A DNA stretch of 64,000 bases from a bacterium (GTDB lineage: Bacteria > UBA8248): positions 3,488,001-3,552,000 of the forward strand of contig OZ241875.1 of NCBI GenBank assembly GCA_965203325.1, in the 5' to 3' direction. Within the stretch, counting starts at the first letter, position 1. Each line of letters opens with the position of its first letter. The notes below the pieces were generated by a model. It was not told the origin of the DNA. It did no database searches and saw only the letters and a program-made list of their open reading frames with translations. Below are positions 28,373-38,926 of the stretch, piece after piece. The position numbers and the translations under genes are program-made.

Positions 28373-28723
28373 ATGCCCAGGACAGTGGATTGGTACTACC
28401 ATCGCTCCGGCTGAAAGACCTGCGCCAAAACGCAAGCGTTTCTTGCGGAAAATGGAATCGAGGTATCCGAGCAGGCCAGTTCCAGAAAAGACGTGGTGGA
28501 TGAGAACAACGTCGATTCGGTTCTGGACGGCGTGACGGACGTCTATTCGACCAGGAGCAGGAAGGTGATTCACCTGGATATCAAAAAAGCGAACCCTGCG
28601 CGCGAAGACGTGCTAGCCCTTTTGATGGGGCGCTCGGGCACGCTCAGGGCGCCGGTCATCAAACATCGCAGCGCCCTCATCGTCGGCTTCGACGCGGAAA
28701 CATATACAAAGGTTTTGACGTAA
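28373..28723 (+). CDS. ArsC/Spx-like thioredoxin-fold selenoprotein (UxxC; in-frame TGA 28412-28414 read as Sec)
   Basis: GAGGAG RBS, ATG 28373, MPRTVDWYYHRSG-TGA-KTCAK continues in frame into ORF 28493-28723 (GRSGTLRAPVI..LIVGF); SECIS-like hairpin downstream. Confidence 0.85.
28431..28447 (+). promoter_or_regulatory. Candidate bacterial SECIS hairpin
   Basis: CGCAAG-CGTTT-CTTGCG; 22 nt between UGA and loop; GU at loop positions 2-3. Confidence 0.65.
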
Positions 28724-28739
28724 ATTTTCTCTGGGTGTT

Positions 28740-30194
28740 TCAGAGGGCCAACTGGCCCTCGGTGGGCTCCGCTCAGCAGAACCACGATTCGGTCAAACGG
28801 GGCGGGCGGATTCGGTCGGGCGCGAAGGCGGCCTTTGGCCGCGACTGATCGGGGCGTTCGAGAACCTCGGCCGCCAATTCGCGAATCCTCGCAAAAGTCA
28901 CGGCGGCGTCCTCCTGGCGAGTGGCAGCATCCTCCACGAGGGTGAGCGCCTCCTGGTGCAGCTTGTCCATCCTCTCATCCGGATGCTCCCAGCGGTAGAT
29001 GAAATTCTCGGCGTCGAGTTCGGTGATGTATCTCTTCATGTGGGGAGAGTCGAGTAAATGGGAACCCGGCGGCACCAGTACCCGGATGGCCATCTGTATG
29101 GGGTCGACCTCGTCGATCAAGGCGTATTCTTCAATGAAATCAAGCAAGTCGAAATAATCCTGCGCGCTCGTCCACGGCGTGAATGCGACCAGCGACGGCC
29201 GGATGGAAACGCGCGCCTTCCGGGCGGCTTTCACGACGCGGAAGACGTCCTCCCGGTTGTGCCCTTTCACCAGATGGCCAAGGACGAGGTCGCTTAAAGA
29301 TTCCACCGCGGTAATGATAAACGCGCATCCGTTATCTCTAAACTCAGGCAGAAGCTCCTCGTGCTTGATGAGGTGCTCCACCTTGGCCGTGAAGTCGAAG
29401 GTGAGAGCCGGAAACCGCTCGTGCAGGGCTCGGACGACCCGAAGCGCATGAGCGGGGCCGTTCAGGAAATCCGGGTCCGCAAAGGTGATGTGGCGCGCGC
29501 CTTGCGCCGCCAGGTCTTCGATGTCTTCCAGAACTTTGTCCTGCGGCACGACGAAGAAACGGCCCTCATAAACCGGCGGAATGGGGCAATGGAGGCACAA
29601 GTGCTTGCAGCCGCGGCTCGCCTCGACGGCGCCCGCAGGGTAGTGTTGCCCCTCCTTCACGAGATGGGCGTATGCCTGAAGCGCGGGCAATCCTTCCCGG
29701 TCGGGCTTGAGCAGGGGGATTTTTTTGAGATACGGGCCGGATGTTCGTTCTCTCGTGGCCGCCCCGGCTACTTCGATGTTCCCGGAGGCTTGGGACAGTT
29801 CTTGAACGAGCCTCACGAGCGGCAGCTCGAACTCACCACCGATCGCCGAATCCCCGCCGTTTTCAAGAAGATAGCCCTTGTTGAGCAGGCCGTAGAGGCC
29901 ATAGAAACAGATGTGGCACCCCGGGTTCGCCTCGCGTACTTTCGCCGCGACTTCCACGCCGAGTCTGAGCGCGGTGTGCATCGGTACACTGATGCCGACG
30001 AATTTCGCGTTTTCGATTTTTTGTGGGGAGAAATCTTCCGCCGCGATGTCCATCGCCCAGGGACGGAAGCCCGCTTCGCGCAAAAAAGCCAGAGGCGAGG
30101 CGACGGCCAGGGGCTGGTGACCCAACTCGTAGCAGGAGACGAGGACGACGGCGCCGGGCGCTCGCCAATCCGAAGCCTTGTCGTTAGAGTTCAC
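28740..30194 (-). CDS. CUAEP/CCAEP-tail radical SAM selenoprotein (B12-binding-like N-terminus; TGA 28773-28775 read as Sec)
   Basis: ASRGCKHLCLHC (CxxxCxxC), ITFADPDFLN; read-through gives PPRLTESWFC-U-AEPTEGQLAL-stop; likely GTG start 30194. Confidence 0.85.
28743..28760 (-). promoter_or_regulatory. Candidate bacterial SECIS hairpin
   Basis: Minus strand GAGGGCC-AGTT-GGCCCTC; 19 nt between UGA and loop; GU at loop positions 2-3. Confidence 0.7.
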
Positions 30195-30216
30195 GGCGAA
30201 ATCTCTCGTCCGGCAC

Positions 30217-30248
30217 AAAAAAAGCCCCGGGCGCGTGATGCCCGGGGC
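30217..30248 (-). terminator. Rho-independent terminator after the A-type Fe-S carrier gene
   Basis: Minus strand GCCCCGGGC-ATCACGC-GCCCGGGGC-TTTTTTT. Confidence 0.8.
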
Positions 30249-30266
30249 ACGTAAAGCATTGTTTTA

Positions 30267-30650
30267 TCACGTAGTGAACGATTTTCCGCAGCCGCACATG
30301 CCCATGGCGTTGGGGTTGTTGATCTTGAAGCCCGAGCCCTGGAGGCTGTCGATGAAGTCGATTTCCGTGCCCGCGATGACGGGATAACTCTGGGGGTCCA
30401 CGAACACGTCGAAGCTTTCGGCGGAGAACACTTTATCCTCGGGGTTGGCGGATTCCTCAAAATATAGGCCGTAGTTGTAACCCGAGCAGCCGCCGGCGGT
30501 GACGGCCAGCCTGAGGCCGTGGCCACTCTTGCCTTCCGCCTCGAGAATCTCGCTCACCTTCTTGTTGGCGAGCGGCGTAACTGTAATGCCTTCAAGGGCT
30601 TGGGGTTTCTTTTGGGATTGATCGAACAGCGTGACCGTTCCATCCGACAT
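30267..30650 (-). CDS. A-type iron-sulfur carrier (IscA/ErpA/HesB family)
   Basis: LRLAVTAGGCSG..Y, FVDP.S...I.GTEIDF, GFKINNPNA..CGCGKSF. Confidence 0.95.
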   Translation of the reverse strand: MSDGTVTLFDQSQKKPQALEGITVTPLANKKVSEILEAEGKSGHGLRLAVTAGGCSGYNYGLYFEESANPEDKVFSAESFDVFVDPQSYPVIAGTEIDFIDSLQGSGFKINNPNAMGMCGCGKSFTT

Positions 30651-30875
30651 CGGTTGTTTCTCCTTGACCTTGATAAGGGCTGTTGAGATTTATCAACTTA
30701 TCGTTATGACCACATACCAAATATACCTCATTTCGCCTTTTTTGCAAAGGCTTGTTCCCGATATATCCTTGAAATACAGGCTTGTTCAAGGATGAAGGCG
30801 CTTGGTCTTTCCAGAGTGGGCAGGGAAACCCCCTGGCGCATATCGAAAAATTATACATAACATGCCTTATAAAAC

Positions 30876-30904
30876 TTGACAATAAAAGACTAAGATATTA
30901 TATT
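30876..30904 (+). promoter_or_regulatory. Putative sigma70 promoter of the clpB-dnaK cluster
   Basis: TTGACA (30876-30881), 17 nt spacer, TATATT (30899-30904) in an AT-rich intergenic region. Confidence 0.7.
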
Positions 30905-31048
30905 TTTCTTGCGTCAAGAGCCTCGGCCGCCGATATAACGGAATTGACGGGGTTTCAGGCGCCGGGAAATTTATCGAAATACGGTGGAATTTTATCGATA
31001 TTTATCGAAATTTTCATCAATTCCACCGGGAAATTCGGAGCAACTTTC

Positions 31049-33679
31049 ATGAATTTTGAGCAATTCACCCACAAGACGCAAGAGGCCCTCCAGCATGCCC
31101 AGGAGTCGGCCCAGACGAGAGGCCACCAGGGCGTCATGCCCGCGCACGTCATCCTCGCGCTTCTGAGTCAGCCCGAAGGCGTGCTGGCGCCCCTGATCGA
31201 AAAGGCGGGGCTGCGAGTCCACGTCTTAAGCCGCGAACTCGAAGCCTCGCTCGAGAAGCTCCCGAAAGTCGCCGCAAACGGCGGGCCCATTTATGTCACG
31301 CAGGAGTTGGCGACGCTCTTCCAGGCGGCCCAGCGCGAGGCGAAGGCCATGACGGATGAATACGTGAGCGGCGAGCACCTCCTTCTCGCCGCGCTTGAGA
31401 ACGGCGGCGCGGATGTCGTGAACATCCTGCGCGCCGCGGGTCTCGACCGGGAGACCGCCCTCACGGCGCTCAAGGAGGTCCGCGGAAGCCAGCGCATCAC
31501 CGATCAGAACGCGGAGAGCCGCTACCAGGCGCTCGAGCGTTTCGCCGTCGACCTTACCGCGCAGGCCCGCTCCGGCAAGCTCGACCCCGTCGTGGGCCGT
31601 GAGGAGGAGATCAGACGCGTCATGCAGGTGCTCTCCCGGCGCACGAAGAACAACCCGGTGCTCATCGGAGAGCCCGGCGTGGGCAAGACCGCCATCGTCG
31701 AAGGGCTCGCCCAGCGCATCGTGGACGGCGACGTGCCCGAGGGCCTGAAACGCAAGCGCCTGCTCAGTCTCGACATGGGCTCGCTCGTCGCGGGGTCCAA
31801 GTTCCGGGGCGAGTTCGAGGACAGGCTCAAGGCCGTGCTGAAAGAAGTGAGCGAATCCGCGGGCGAGATCGTCTTGTTCATCGACGAGCTCCACACCGTC
31901 GTGGGCGCGGGCGCCGCGGAGGGGGCGGTGGACGCCTCCAATCTCCTGAAGCCCGCCCTCGCCCGTGGAGAGCTTCACTGCGTGGGCGCCACCACGCTCG
32001 ATGAGTACCGGAAACACATCGAGAAGGACGCGGCGCTCGAGCGGCGCTTTCAGCCGGTAGTGGTGGATGAGCCGAACATGGAGGACGCCGTCTCCATCCT
32101 GCGGGGTCTCAAGGAGCGATACGAGATTCACCACGGCGTCCGCATTCTGGACAACGCACTCGTCGCCGCCGTCGGGCTCTCGCATCGCTACATCAGCGAC
32201 CGCCATCTGCCGGACAAGGCCATCGACCTGATAGACGAGGCCGCGAGCGGCCTGCGGCTCGAACTGGACAGCCTGCCCAAGGACATCGACCGGCAGGAGC
32301 GCGAGCTTCTCAGGCTCCGCATCGAGGAGCGCGCCCTGGAGAGCGAAGAAGATGAGGGCAGCCGGGAGCGTCTTTCGCAGATACGCGAACAGATATCCAC
32401 TCTCGATGAGCAGAGCAGCGCCCAAAGAAGCAAATGGGCGGAAGAGAAAGAGGAGATATCGCGGGTGCGCGAACTCAAGGAGCGCGTCGAGGCGATGAAG
32501 GCCGAAGCCCAGCGCGCCGAGCGCGAGGGGGATCTGGGCCGGGCGGCGGAGCTTCGGTACGGCGGGATCATCGCGGCCGAGAAGGAAATGGCCCAGGCGG
32601 AGGAAGACCTCGAAAAAAGGACCAACGGCCGCATGCTGAAAGAAGAGATCACCGAGGACGACGTGGCCGCCGTCGTGAGCCGCTGGACGGGGGTCAACGT
32701 GAGCAGGCTCCTGGAGACCGAGCGGGAGAAGCTCCTGCGCATGGAGGAGAACATCCACAGGCGCGTCGTGGGCCAGGACCGGGCGGTGGAGGCTCTCTCC
32801 GAAGCCGTGCGCCGCGCCCGCGCGGGCATCATGGATGAGAACCGGCCCATCGGCTCGTTCATCTTCCTGGGTCCCACCGGCGTGGGCAAGACCGAACTCG
32901 CCCGCGCGCTCGCGGAGTTTCTGTTCGACGACGAGGCGGCGATGGTTCGCGTGGACATGAGCGAATACATGGAAAAACACGCCGCCGCCAGGCTCATCGG
33001 CGCGCCGCCCGGATACGTCGGCTACGAGGAGGGGGGGCAGCTCACCGAAGCCGTCCGCAGGAAGCCCTACTCGGTCGTGCTTCTGGACGAGATTGAAAAG
33101 GCGCACCCCGAGACCTTCAACCTGCTCCTGCAACTGCTCGATGACGGGAGGCTCACGGACGGGCACGGCCGCACGGTCGATTTCCGAAACGCCGTCATCA
33201 TCATGACGAGCAACGTAGGCACCGATGAGCTTTCGCGGAACGAGATCGGCTTCGTCGGAGGCGGTATACAGGAAATTGACAAGTCCAACGGATTGCTCGC
33301 GTCGCTTGGCAGGGTGTTCCGCCCCGAGTTCCTGAACCGCGTCGATGAGGTCATCGTCTTCCGCGCGCTCACGAAAGAACAAATCGCAGATATCGTGGAG
33401 CTCCAGTTGCGGGATTTGGAAAAACGCCTGGAAGCGCAGAAGATCAAGCTGCGCTTGACGGACGCCGCCAGGAGCTTCCTCGCCGAGCGCGGCTACGACC
33501 CGGTCTACGGGGCGCGGCCGCTCAAGCGGGCGATCCAGACTTATCTGATGAACCCGCTCAGCAAGAAGCTCCTCGCCGGGGAATTCGAAACCGGAGAAAC
33601 CGTGGAGGCGGACCACCCGGAGGGGGCGGATGCGCTCGCCTTCGCCGTCCTCATGGAGGCGGAAGCGGTGAAGACTTGA
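31049..33679 (+). CDS. clpB: ATP-dependent chaperone ClpB
   Basis: Clp N domain, GEPGVGKT, long middle coiled coil, [15 protein letters not shown]; start moved to ATG 31049. Confidence 0.98.
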   Translation: MNFEQFTHKTQEALQHAQESAQTRGHQGVMPAHVILALLSQPEGVLAPLIEKAGLRVHVLSRELEASLEKLPKVAANGGPIYVTQELATLFQAAQREAKAMTDEYVSGEHLLLAALENGGADVVNILRAAGLDRETALTALKEVRGSQRITDQNAESRYQALERFAVDLTAQARSGKLDPVVGREEEIRRVMQVLSRRTKNNPVLIGEPGVGKTAIVEGLAQRIVDGDVPEGLKRKRLLSLDMGSLVAGSKFRGEFEDRLKAVLKEVSESAGEIVLFIDELHTVVGAGAAEGAVDASNLLKPALARGELHCVGATTLDEYRKHIEKDAALERRFQPVVVDEPNMEDAVSILRGLKERYEIHHGVRILDNALVAAVGLSHRYISDRHLPDKAIDLIDEAASGLRLELDSLPKDIDRQERELLRLRIEERALESEEDEGSRERLSQIREQISTLDEQSSAQRSKWAEEKEEISRVRELKERVEAMKAEAQRAEREGDLGRAAELRYGGIIAAEKEMAQAEEDLEKRTNGRMLKEEITEDDVAAVVSRWTGVNVSRLLETEREKLLRMEENIHRRVVGQDRAVEALSEAVRRARAGIMDENRPIGSFIFLGPTGVGKTELARALAEFLFDDEAAMVRVDMSEYMEKHAAARLIGAPPGYVGYEEGGQLTEAVRRKPYSVVLLDEIEKAHPETFNLLLQLLDDGRLTDGHGRTVDFRNAVIIMTSNVGTDELSRNEIGFVGGGIQEIDKSNGLLASLGRVFRPEFLNRVDEVIVFRALTKEQIADIVELQLRDLEKRLEAQKIKLRLTDAARSFLAERGYDPVYGARPLKRAIQTYLMNPLSKKLLAGEFETGETVEADHPEGADALAFAVLMEAEAVKT

Positions 33680-33733
33680 ACCCCTTTGGATGCAGGTGGG
33701 TTTTGATTCGGGGTTCGTCGAACAAATACAAAA

Positions 33734-33878
33734 GGGGTTGTTGAAAAAGACCTGATGAACAAGGGTTTTACGTGACCGTGGAGGGGCGGTTTTTGTAGGG
33801 GCCGCATATATGCGGCCCATGGTAGGCAGGCGTAAAAGGCCGGGTCGCATATATGTCGGACATATATGTCCGACCTAC
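33734..33878. mobile_element. MITE-like element E4 (right end missing) with GTAG-REP doublet
   Basis: GGGGTTGTTGAAAAAG (33734-33749) then CCTGATGAA.. shared with E2/E6; GTAG-GGGCCGCATATATGCGGCCC at 33795; ends GTCGGACATATATGTCCGAC-CTAC. Confidence 0.75.
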
Positions 33879-33923
33879 AATCGATAAAACTTTAATTTTG
33901 TATCCCGATAAGGAGAAAGTTTG

Positions 33924-35840
33924 ATGTCGAAGGTAATCGGAATCGATTTGGGCACCACCAACTCGGTCGTCTCCGTCATGGAGGGTGGGCAGCCTACGGT
34001 CATCGCCAACCAGGAGGGCAACCGCACGACGCCCAGCGTCGTGGCGTTCACCGACGACGGGGAGAAGCTCGTCGGCCTCGTGGCCAAGCGCCAGGCGGTG
34101 ACCAACCCGACCAAGACCATCTATTCCGCAAAACGCTTCATGGGCAGGCGTTTCGCCGAGGTGCCCGAAGAGGTCACCATCGTGCCCTATGAGGTCGTGA
34201 AGTCGGACAGCGGCGACGCGCGCATCCGGATCGACGGCAAGGAACACGCTCCGCCCGAGATTTCGGCGAGCGTGCTGCAAAAGCTCAAGCAGGCCGCGGA
34301 GGACTACCTGGGCGAGCAGGTGACCGAGGCGGTCGTCACGGTGCCCGCGTATTTCAACGACAGCCAGCGCCAGGCGACGAAGGACGCCGGGAAAATCGCC
34401 GGTCTCAACGTCCAGCGCATCATCAACGAACCCACGGCCGCCGCCCTCGCCTACGGACTCGACAAGAAGGCGGATCAGACCATCGCCGTGTACGACTTCG
34501 GCGGGGGCACGTTCGACATCTCCATCCTCGAGGTGGGGGACAACGTGGTCGAGGTGAAGGCCACGAACGGCGATACGCACCTGGGCGGCGACAACATCGA
34601 CCACCGGATCATCGAGTGGATGGCCGAGGAGTTCAAGAAAGACCAGGGAATCGACATCTCCGGCGACCCGATGGCGCTCCAGCGCCTGCGCGAGGAGTCC
34701 GAGAAGGCGAAGATCGAGCTTTCGAGTTCGATGGAGACGACCATCAACCTGCCGTTCATCACGGCGGACGCCTCGGGTCCCAAGCACCTGAACCTGAAGC
34801 TCACGCGCGCGAAACTCGAACAGCTGACCGGCGATCTGGTGGAGAAGACGCTGGGTCCCTGCCGGCGCGCGCTCGATGACGCCAAGGTCCAGCCCGGCGA
34901 CATCGACGAGGTCGTGCTGGTGGGCGGTTCGACACGGATGCCGCTCGTGCAGGAGACGGTGGAGAAATTCTTCGGAAAAGAGCCCCACAAGGGCGTGAAT
35001 CCCGACGAGGTCGTGGCGGTCGGCGCGGGCGTGCAGGGCGGCGTGCTCGCCGGAGACGTGAAGGACGTCCTGTTGCTGGACGTCACCCCGCTCTCGCTGG
35101 GTATCGAGACGCTGGGCGGCGTGTCCACCAGGCTCATCGAGCGCAACACGACGATACCCGTCAAGAAGAGCGAGACCTTCTCGACCGCGGCGGACAACCA
35201 GCCCTCCGTCGAGGTGCACGTCTTACAGGGCGAGCGCGAGATGGCCTCGGGCAACCGCTCGCTGGGCAAGTTCCATCTCGTCGGCATTCCCGCCGCGCCC
35301 CGGGGCGTTCCCCAGATCGAGGTGACGTTCGACATCGACGCCAACGGCATCGTGAACGTCTCCGCCAAGGACCTCGGCACCGGCAAGGAGCAGGCGATCA
35401 CCATCACGAGTTCGAGCGGCCTCTCCGAGGATGAGATCAACAACATGGTGGCCGATGCGGACGAGCACGCCGAGGAGGACAAGAAACGGCGCGAGGCCGT
35501 CGAGGCGAGAAACATGGCCGACAGCATGGCGTACAGCACGGAGAAGATGCTCAAGGAGAACGAGGAGAAGGTGTCGGCCGAAGACAAGAAGGAAATTGAG
35601 GACGCCATCGCCGCGCTCCGGGCGGTTCTCGCGAAAGAGGACGCGACGGTGGAGGAGATCAAGGAAGCGCAGGAAAAACTCGAGGCGGCCTCGCACAAGC
35701 TCGCGCAGGCGATGTACGAACAGGCGAGTCAGGCTGGCGACGGCCCCGAGACGCCTGAGTCCGGCGGCGGTGAGAACGGCGCGCCGGCGGGCGACGTGGT
35801 GGATGCGGAGTTCGAGGAGGTGGACAAGGACAAGTCCTAG
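33924..35840 (+). CDS. dnaK: Chaperone DnaK
   Basis: [43 protein letters not shown]. Confidence 0.99.
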   Translation: MSKVIGIDLGTTNSVVSVMEGGQPTVIANQEGNRTTPSVVAFTDDGEKLVGLVAKRQAVTNPTKTIYSAKRFMGRRFAEVPEEVTIVPYEVVKSDSGDARIRIDGKEHAPPEISASVLQKLKQAAEDYLGEQVTEAVVTVPAYFNDSQRQATKDAGKIAGLNVQRIINEPTAAALAYGLDKKADQTIAVYDFGGGTFDISILEVGDNVVEVKATNGDTHLGGDNIDHRIIEWMAEEFKKDQGIDISGDPMALQRLREESEKAKIELSSSMETTINLPFITADASGPKHLNLKLTRAKLEQLTGDLVEKTLGPCRRALDDAKVQPGDIDEVVLVGGSTRMPLVQETVEKFFGKEPHKGVNPDEVVAVGAGVQGGVLAGDVKDVLLLDVTPLSLGIETLGGVSTRLIERNTTIPVKKSETFSTAADNQPSVEVHVLQGEREMASGNRSLGKFHLVGIPAAPRGVPQIEVTFDIDANGIVNVSAKDLGTGKEQAITITSSSGLSEDEINNMVADADEHAEEDKKRREAVEARNMADSMAYSTEKMLKENEEKVSAEDKKEIEDAIAALRAVLAKEDATVEEIKEAQEKLEAASHKLAQAMYEQASQAGDGPETPESGGGENGAPAGDVVDAEFEEVDKDKS

Positions 35841-35864
35841 CAGTCCTGCCCGGATGAGGACGGT

Positions 35865-36818
35865 ATGCCTAAGCGTGATTATTACGAGGTGCTGGGGATT
35901 GACCGGAGCGCCTCGGAAGCGGAACTGAAGCGCGCCTTCAAGAAGCTGGCGCGGACGTATCACCCCGACGTGAACCCGGGGGATGCGAAGGCCGAGGAGC
36001 GCTTCAAGGAGATCAGCGAGGCCTACGCCGTCATCTCGGACCCCGAGAAGCGCAGAAAATACGACGCCATGGGACACGCCGCCTTCGGCGGGGGCAGCCC
36101 CTGGGGCGAGGGCGCTCCGCCCGGCATGGAGGACATTCTGCGCGAGTTCGGCCTGGGCGATATTTTCGGCGGGATTTTCGGCGGCGCGCGCGGCGGTGCG
36201 GCACGCGGCGGCTTCCACGCGCAGTCCCAGGCCCCCCGGAAGGGCCAGGACGTGAACTACTCGATGGAGATCGGTTTCGACGATTCCCTGAAGGGGCTCA
36301 ACACCACCATCACCGTGCCCAAGACCACGAACGAGAACGGGAAGATCCAGCACACCACCGAGCGCATTCAGGTGAAGATACCGCCCGGCGTCTCGAACGG
36401 CTCGCGCATCCGCCTGGCGGGCAAGGGGGAAACCTCGCTGAACGGGGGACCGCAGGGGGACCTCTTCATCGTCACAAAGGTGCGCGAACATCCCTTCTTC
36501 GAGCGCAAGGGGGATAATCTGTATCTTGAACTTCCCGTCAGCCTCGGCGAGGCGCTGCTGGGCGCGCGCGTGGAGATCAACACCTTCGAGGGGGCGATGA
36601 AGATGACGATTCCCCCCTCGACCCAGAACGGCCAGGTTTTCAGGCTTTCGGGTAAGGGGGCTCCGAAACTCAAGGGCTCGGGCAAGGGGGATTTGATCGT
36701 CAGGGTCCGGGTCTTGTTGCCCGATCAGATGGATGAGGAGAGCAGGGAGATCGTCCGCGAACTCGAACGGCGCAACCCCACGTCGCCGCGTGCGAACATG
36801 ACGGGCGTGAGCATGTAG
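35865..36818 (+). CDS. Class B J-domain protein (CbpA/DnaJ2-like, no zinc finger)
   Basis: J domain with HPD, G/F region, DnaJ C-terminal domains, no CxxCxGxG repeats. Confidence 0.92.
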   Translation: MPKRDYYEVLGIDRSASEAELKRAFKKLARTYHPDVNPGDAKAEERFKEISEAYAVISDPEKRRKYDAMGHAAFGGGSPWGEGAPPGMEDILREFGLGDIFGGIFGGARGGAARGGFHAQSQAPRKGQDVNYSMEIGFDDSLKGLNTTITVPKTTNENGKIQHTTERIQVKIPPGVSNGSRIRLAGKGETSLNGGPQGDLFIVTKVREHPFFERKGDNLYLELPVSLGEALLGARVEINTFEGAMKMTIPPSTQNGQVFRLSGKGAPKLKGSGKGDLIVRVRVLLPDQMDEESREIVRELERRNPTSPRANMTGVSM

Positions 36819-36873
36819 TCATGGGCGGATGCGGGCGTGAGCAGATATATGACGAGAGGCTCAGGAGAGGATA

Positions 36874-37281
36874 ATGGCGCGTAGAGGCGTGAGAGACGGG
36901 CGCTACACCATCAGCGCGGTGGCCGAGATGTTCGAGATACACCAGCAGACGCTCAGGATGTATGAGCGCCAGGGTCTCATCGAACCGGGCCGCAGCGAGG
37001 GCGGGACGCGCTATTACTCCGAGGAAGATATCGATCAACTAGAAGTCATCATGGCGCTCACGCGGGATATGGGCGTGAATCTGGCGGGCGTGCAGGTCAT
37101 CATCGAGCTTCGCGATAAGCTGATGAGCGCGCTCGAACGTCTCGGCGAGCTCGAGGAACTGATCGAGAGCCGTGCGTTCGAGGAATTCCGCGAGCAGATG
37201 AACAACGCGACGCCAGAGATGCAGGCCATGATACCTTCGGTCGCCGCCAAACTCGTGCGTGTCAGGAGGAGGCGGTTGTGA
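36874..37281 (+). CDS. hspR: MerR family heat-shock repressor HspR
   Basis: [43 protein letters not shown]; follows a J-domain gene. Confidence 0.88.
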   Translation: MARRGVRDGRYTISAVAEMFEIHQQTLRMYERQGLIEPGRSEGGTRYYSEEDIDQLEVIMALTRDMGVNLAGVQVIIELRDKLMSALERLGELEELIESRAFEEFREQMNNATPEMQAMIPSVAAKLVRVRRRRL

Positions 37282-38138
37282 GCACGAATTCTATAAAATC
37301 CTTTTTGCTGCTCGGTCTGTTGACGGGGCTGATCCTGCTCATCGGGAATCTGCTCGGCGGCACGACCGGGCTGGTGATCGCCCTGGTGCTCGCGGTGGGC
37401 ATCAACGGCTACAGCTACTGGTATTCGGACAAGATCGTTCTCGCCAGCACGGGCGCGAACGAGGTGCTTCCGGAACATGCGCCCGAGCTCTACGGCATGG
37501 TGGCGGACCTGGCGCGCCGCGCGAACCTCCCCATGCCGCGCGTCTACGTCATTCCCGAGGATGCGCCGAACGCCTTCGCCACGGGCAGAAACCCCGAAAA
37601 CGCCGCCGTCGCCTTCACCGAGGGAATTTTGCACGATCTGAATCGTGAGGAACTCGAAGGCGTGGCCGCGCACGAACTCGCCCACATCAAGAACCGCGAC
37701 ATTCTGCTGAGCACCATCGCCGCCTCCCTGGCGGGCGCCATCATGTATCTCGCGCAGATGGCGCAGTTCGCCGCGTTCTTCGGCGCCTACGGCAGGGACG
37801 ACGACGAGGAGGGCGGCGGGGGCGGCCTGCTGGGCATCATCGTCGCCGCCATCGTGGCGCCCATTGCGGCGACGCTGCTCCAGATGGCGGTGAGCCGCTC
37901 GCGCGAGTACCTTGCCGACGCCACGGGCGCGCAAATCGCGGGCACGCCGGTGGGTCTTGCGAACGCCCTGCATCGACTGGACGAGGCCGCCCACCGCGAG
38001 GAACTCCACTGCGCGAGCGAGGCGACCGCCCACATGTATATCGTCAACCCGCTCGCGGGAGGCGGTCTGGCGAACCTTTTCAGCACGCACCCGCCGATGG
38101 AGGAGCGGATTCGGCGGCTGATGGAAATGAGATACTAG
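37278..38138 (+). CDS. htpX: Zinc metalloprotease HtpX (M48)
   Basis: [36 protein letters not shown]. Confidence 0.97.
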   Translation: MSTNSIKSFLLLGLLTGLILLIGNLLGGTTGLVIALVLAVGINGYSYWYSDKIVLASTGANEVLPEHAPELYGMVADLARRANLPMPRVYVIPEDAPNAFATGRNPENAAVAFTEGILHDLNREELEGVAAHELAHIKNRDILLSTIAASLAGAIMYLAQMAQFAAFFGAYGRDDDEEGGGGGLLGIIVAAIVAPIAATLLQMAVSRSREYLADATGAQIAGTPVGLANALHRLDEAAHREELHCASEATAHMYIVNPLAGGGLANLFSTHPPMEERIRRLMEMRY

Positions 38139-38159
38139 GATCCGGGAGGAAGTCGTTTC

Positions 38160-38867
38160 ATGAAAGCGAAGGATGTAAAGGTCGAGACGGATAACGGCGA
38201 TGGCGCGAAGGCCGAAGCCGAAGCCGCGGAGCCGGTGGACGCGGAGGAAGAAGCCAAGGAGAAGCCGCGCGTCGTGGACAGGCGGCGCGTCCGCGAAGAC
38301 GGCGAGGTGAGTGAGGAGAGCGAAGCGGAGGCCGAGGAAACCCCGCGCGTGCCCGCCTACGTGGAGCAACTCCAGGCGAAGGTTGCCGCCGCCGAGGAGA
38401 AGTTCAAGGAATATGTCGAGAAAATCGACAAGGATACGGCCGATTTCCGGGCGCGCCAGGAACGCGAGATGGAGCGAAGGGCCCAGGAAGTGAAAAAACA
38501 GGCGGTCTCCGGTTTCCTGGGCATCGCCGACGATCTGGCGCGCGCCACGGCGGCCGTCGATAGCGAAACCTCTCAGGGGGAAAAAGGCAGCGCGCTGGAT
38601 ACCCTCGTGCAGGGGGTCCGGATGATTCAGGGCCGGTTCTTTCAGGAACTCTCGAACCTCGGGGTGGAGCCTCTCCCGGCGATGGGCGCCGCTTTCAATC
38701 CCCAGGAACACGAGGCGGTGCGCATGGTCGAGGTGGACGATGAGGCGCAGGACGGCCTTGTGGTCGAGGAGTTGGCTTGCGGCTACAGGCTGGGCGATGC
38801 GGTATTGAGGCCCGCGCGCGTCTCGGTGGGCAAGTATGCCGGCCCTCAGCCGGACGCGCGCCCTTGA
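38160..38867 (+). CDS. grpE: Nucleotide exchange factor GrpE
   Basis: ADFR.R, DDLARA, FNPQEHEAV, GYRLGDAVLRPARVSV. Confidence 0.93.
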   Translation: MKAKDVKVETDNGDGAKAEAEAAEPVDAEEEAKEKPRVVDRRRVREDGEVSEESEAEAEETPRVPAYVEQLQAKVAAAEEKFKEYVEKIDKDTADFRARQEREMERRAQEVKKQAVSGFLGIADDLARATAAVDSETSQGEKGSALDTLVQGVRMIQGRFFQELSNLGVEPLPAMGAAFNPQEHEAVRMVEVDDEAQDGLVVEELACGYRLGDAVLRPARVSVGKYAGPQPDARP

Positions 38868-38926
38868 ACCGGATGCGCGCGCATAGTATGTTCGCGTGTT
38901 TTCGATTTTAGGTACGAAGGGAAAAC

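Noticed and set aside
28570..28742. Read-through of the second UGA of the radical SAM gene
   Set aside because: No SECIS-like hairpin follows, and the extension would run antisense into the ArsC-like gene.
30782..31048. N-terminal extensions in the ORF track (clpB; also ffh, rnhB, TorD-like chaperone, M24)
   Set aside because: They run through promoters or neighbouring genes; downstream starts fit family N-termini better.
31226..36491. Long minus-strand ORFs opposite clpB, dnaK and the J protein (874, 483, 407, 422 aa)
   Set aside because: Antisense frames of highly conserved genes with strong codon bias; no independent evidence.
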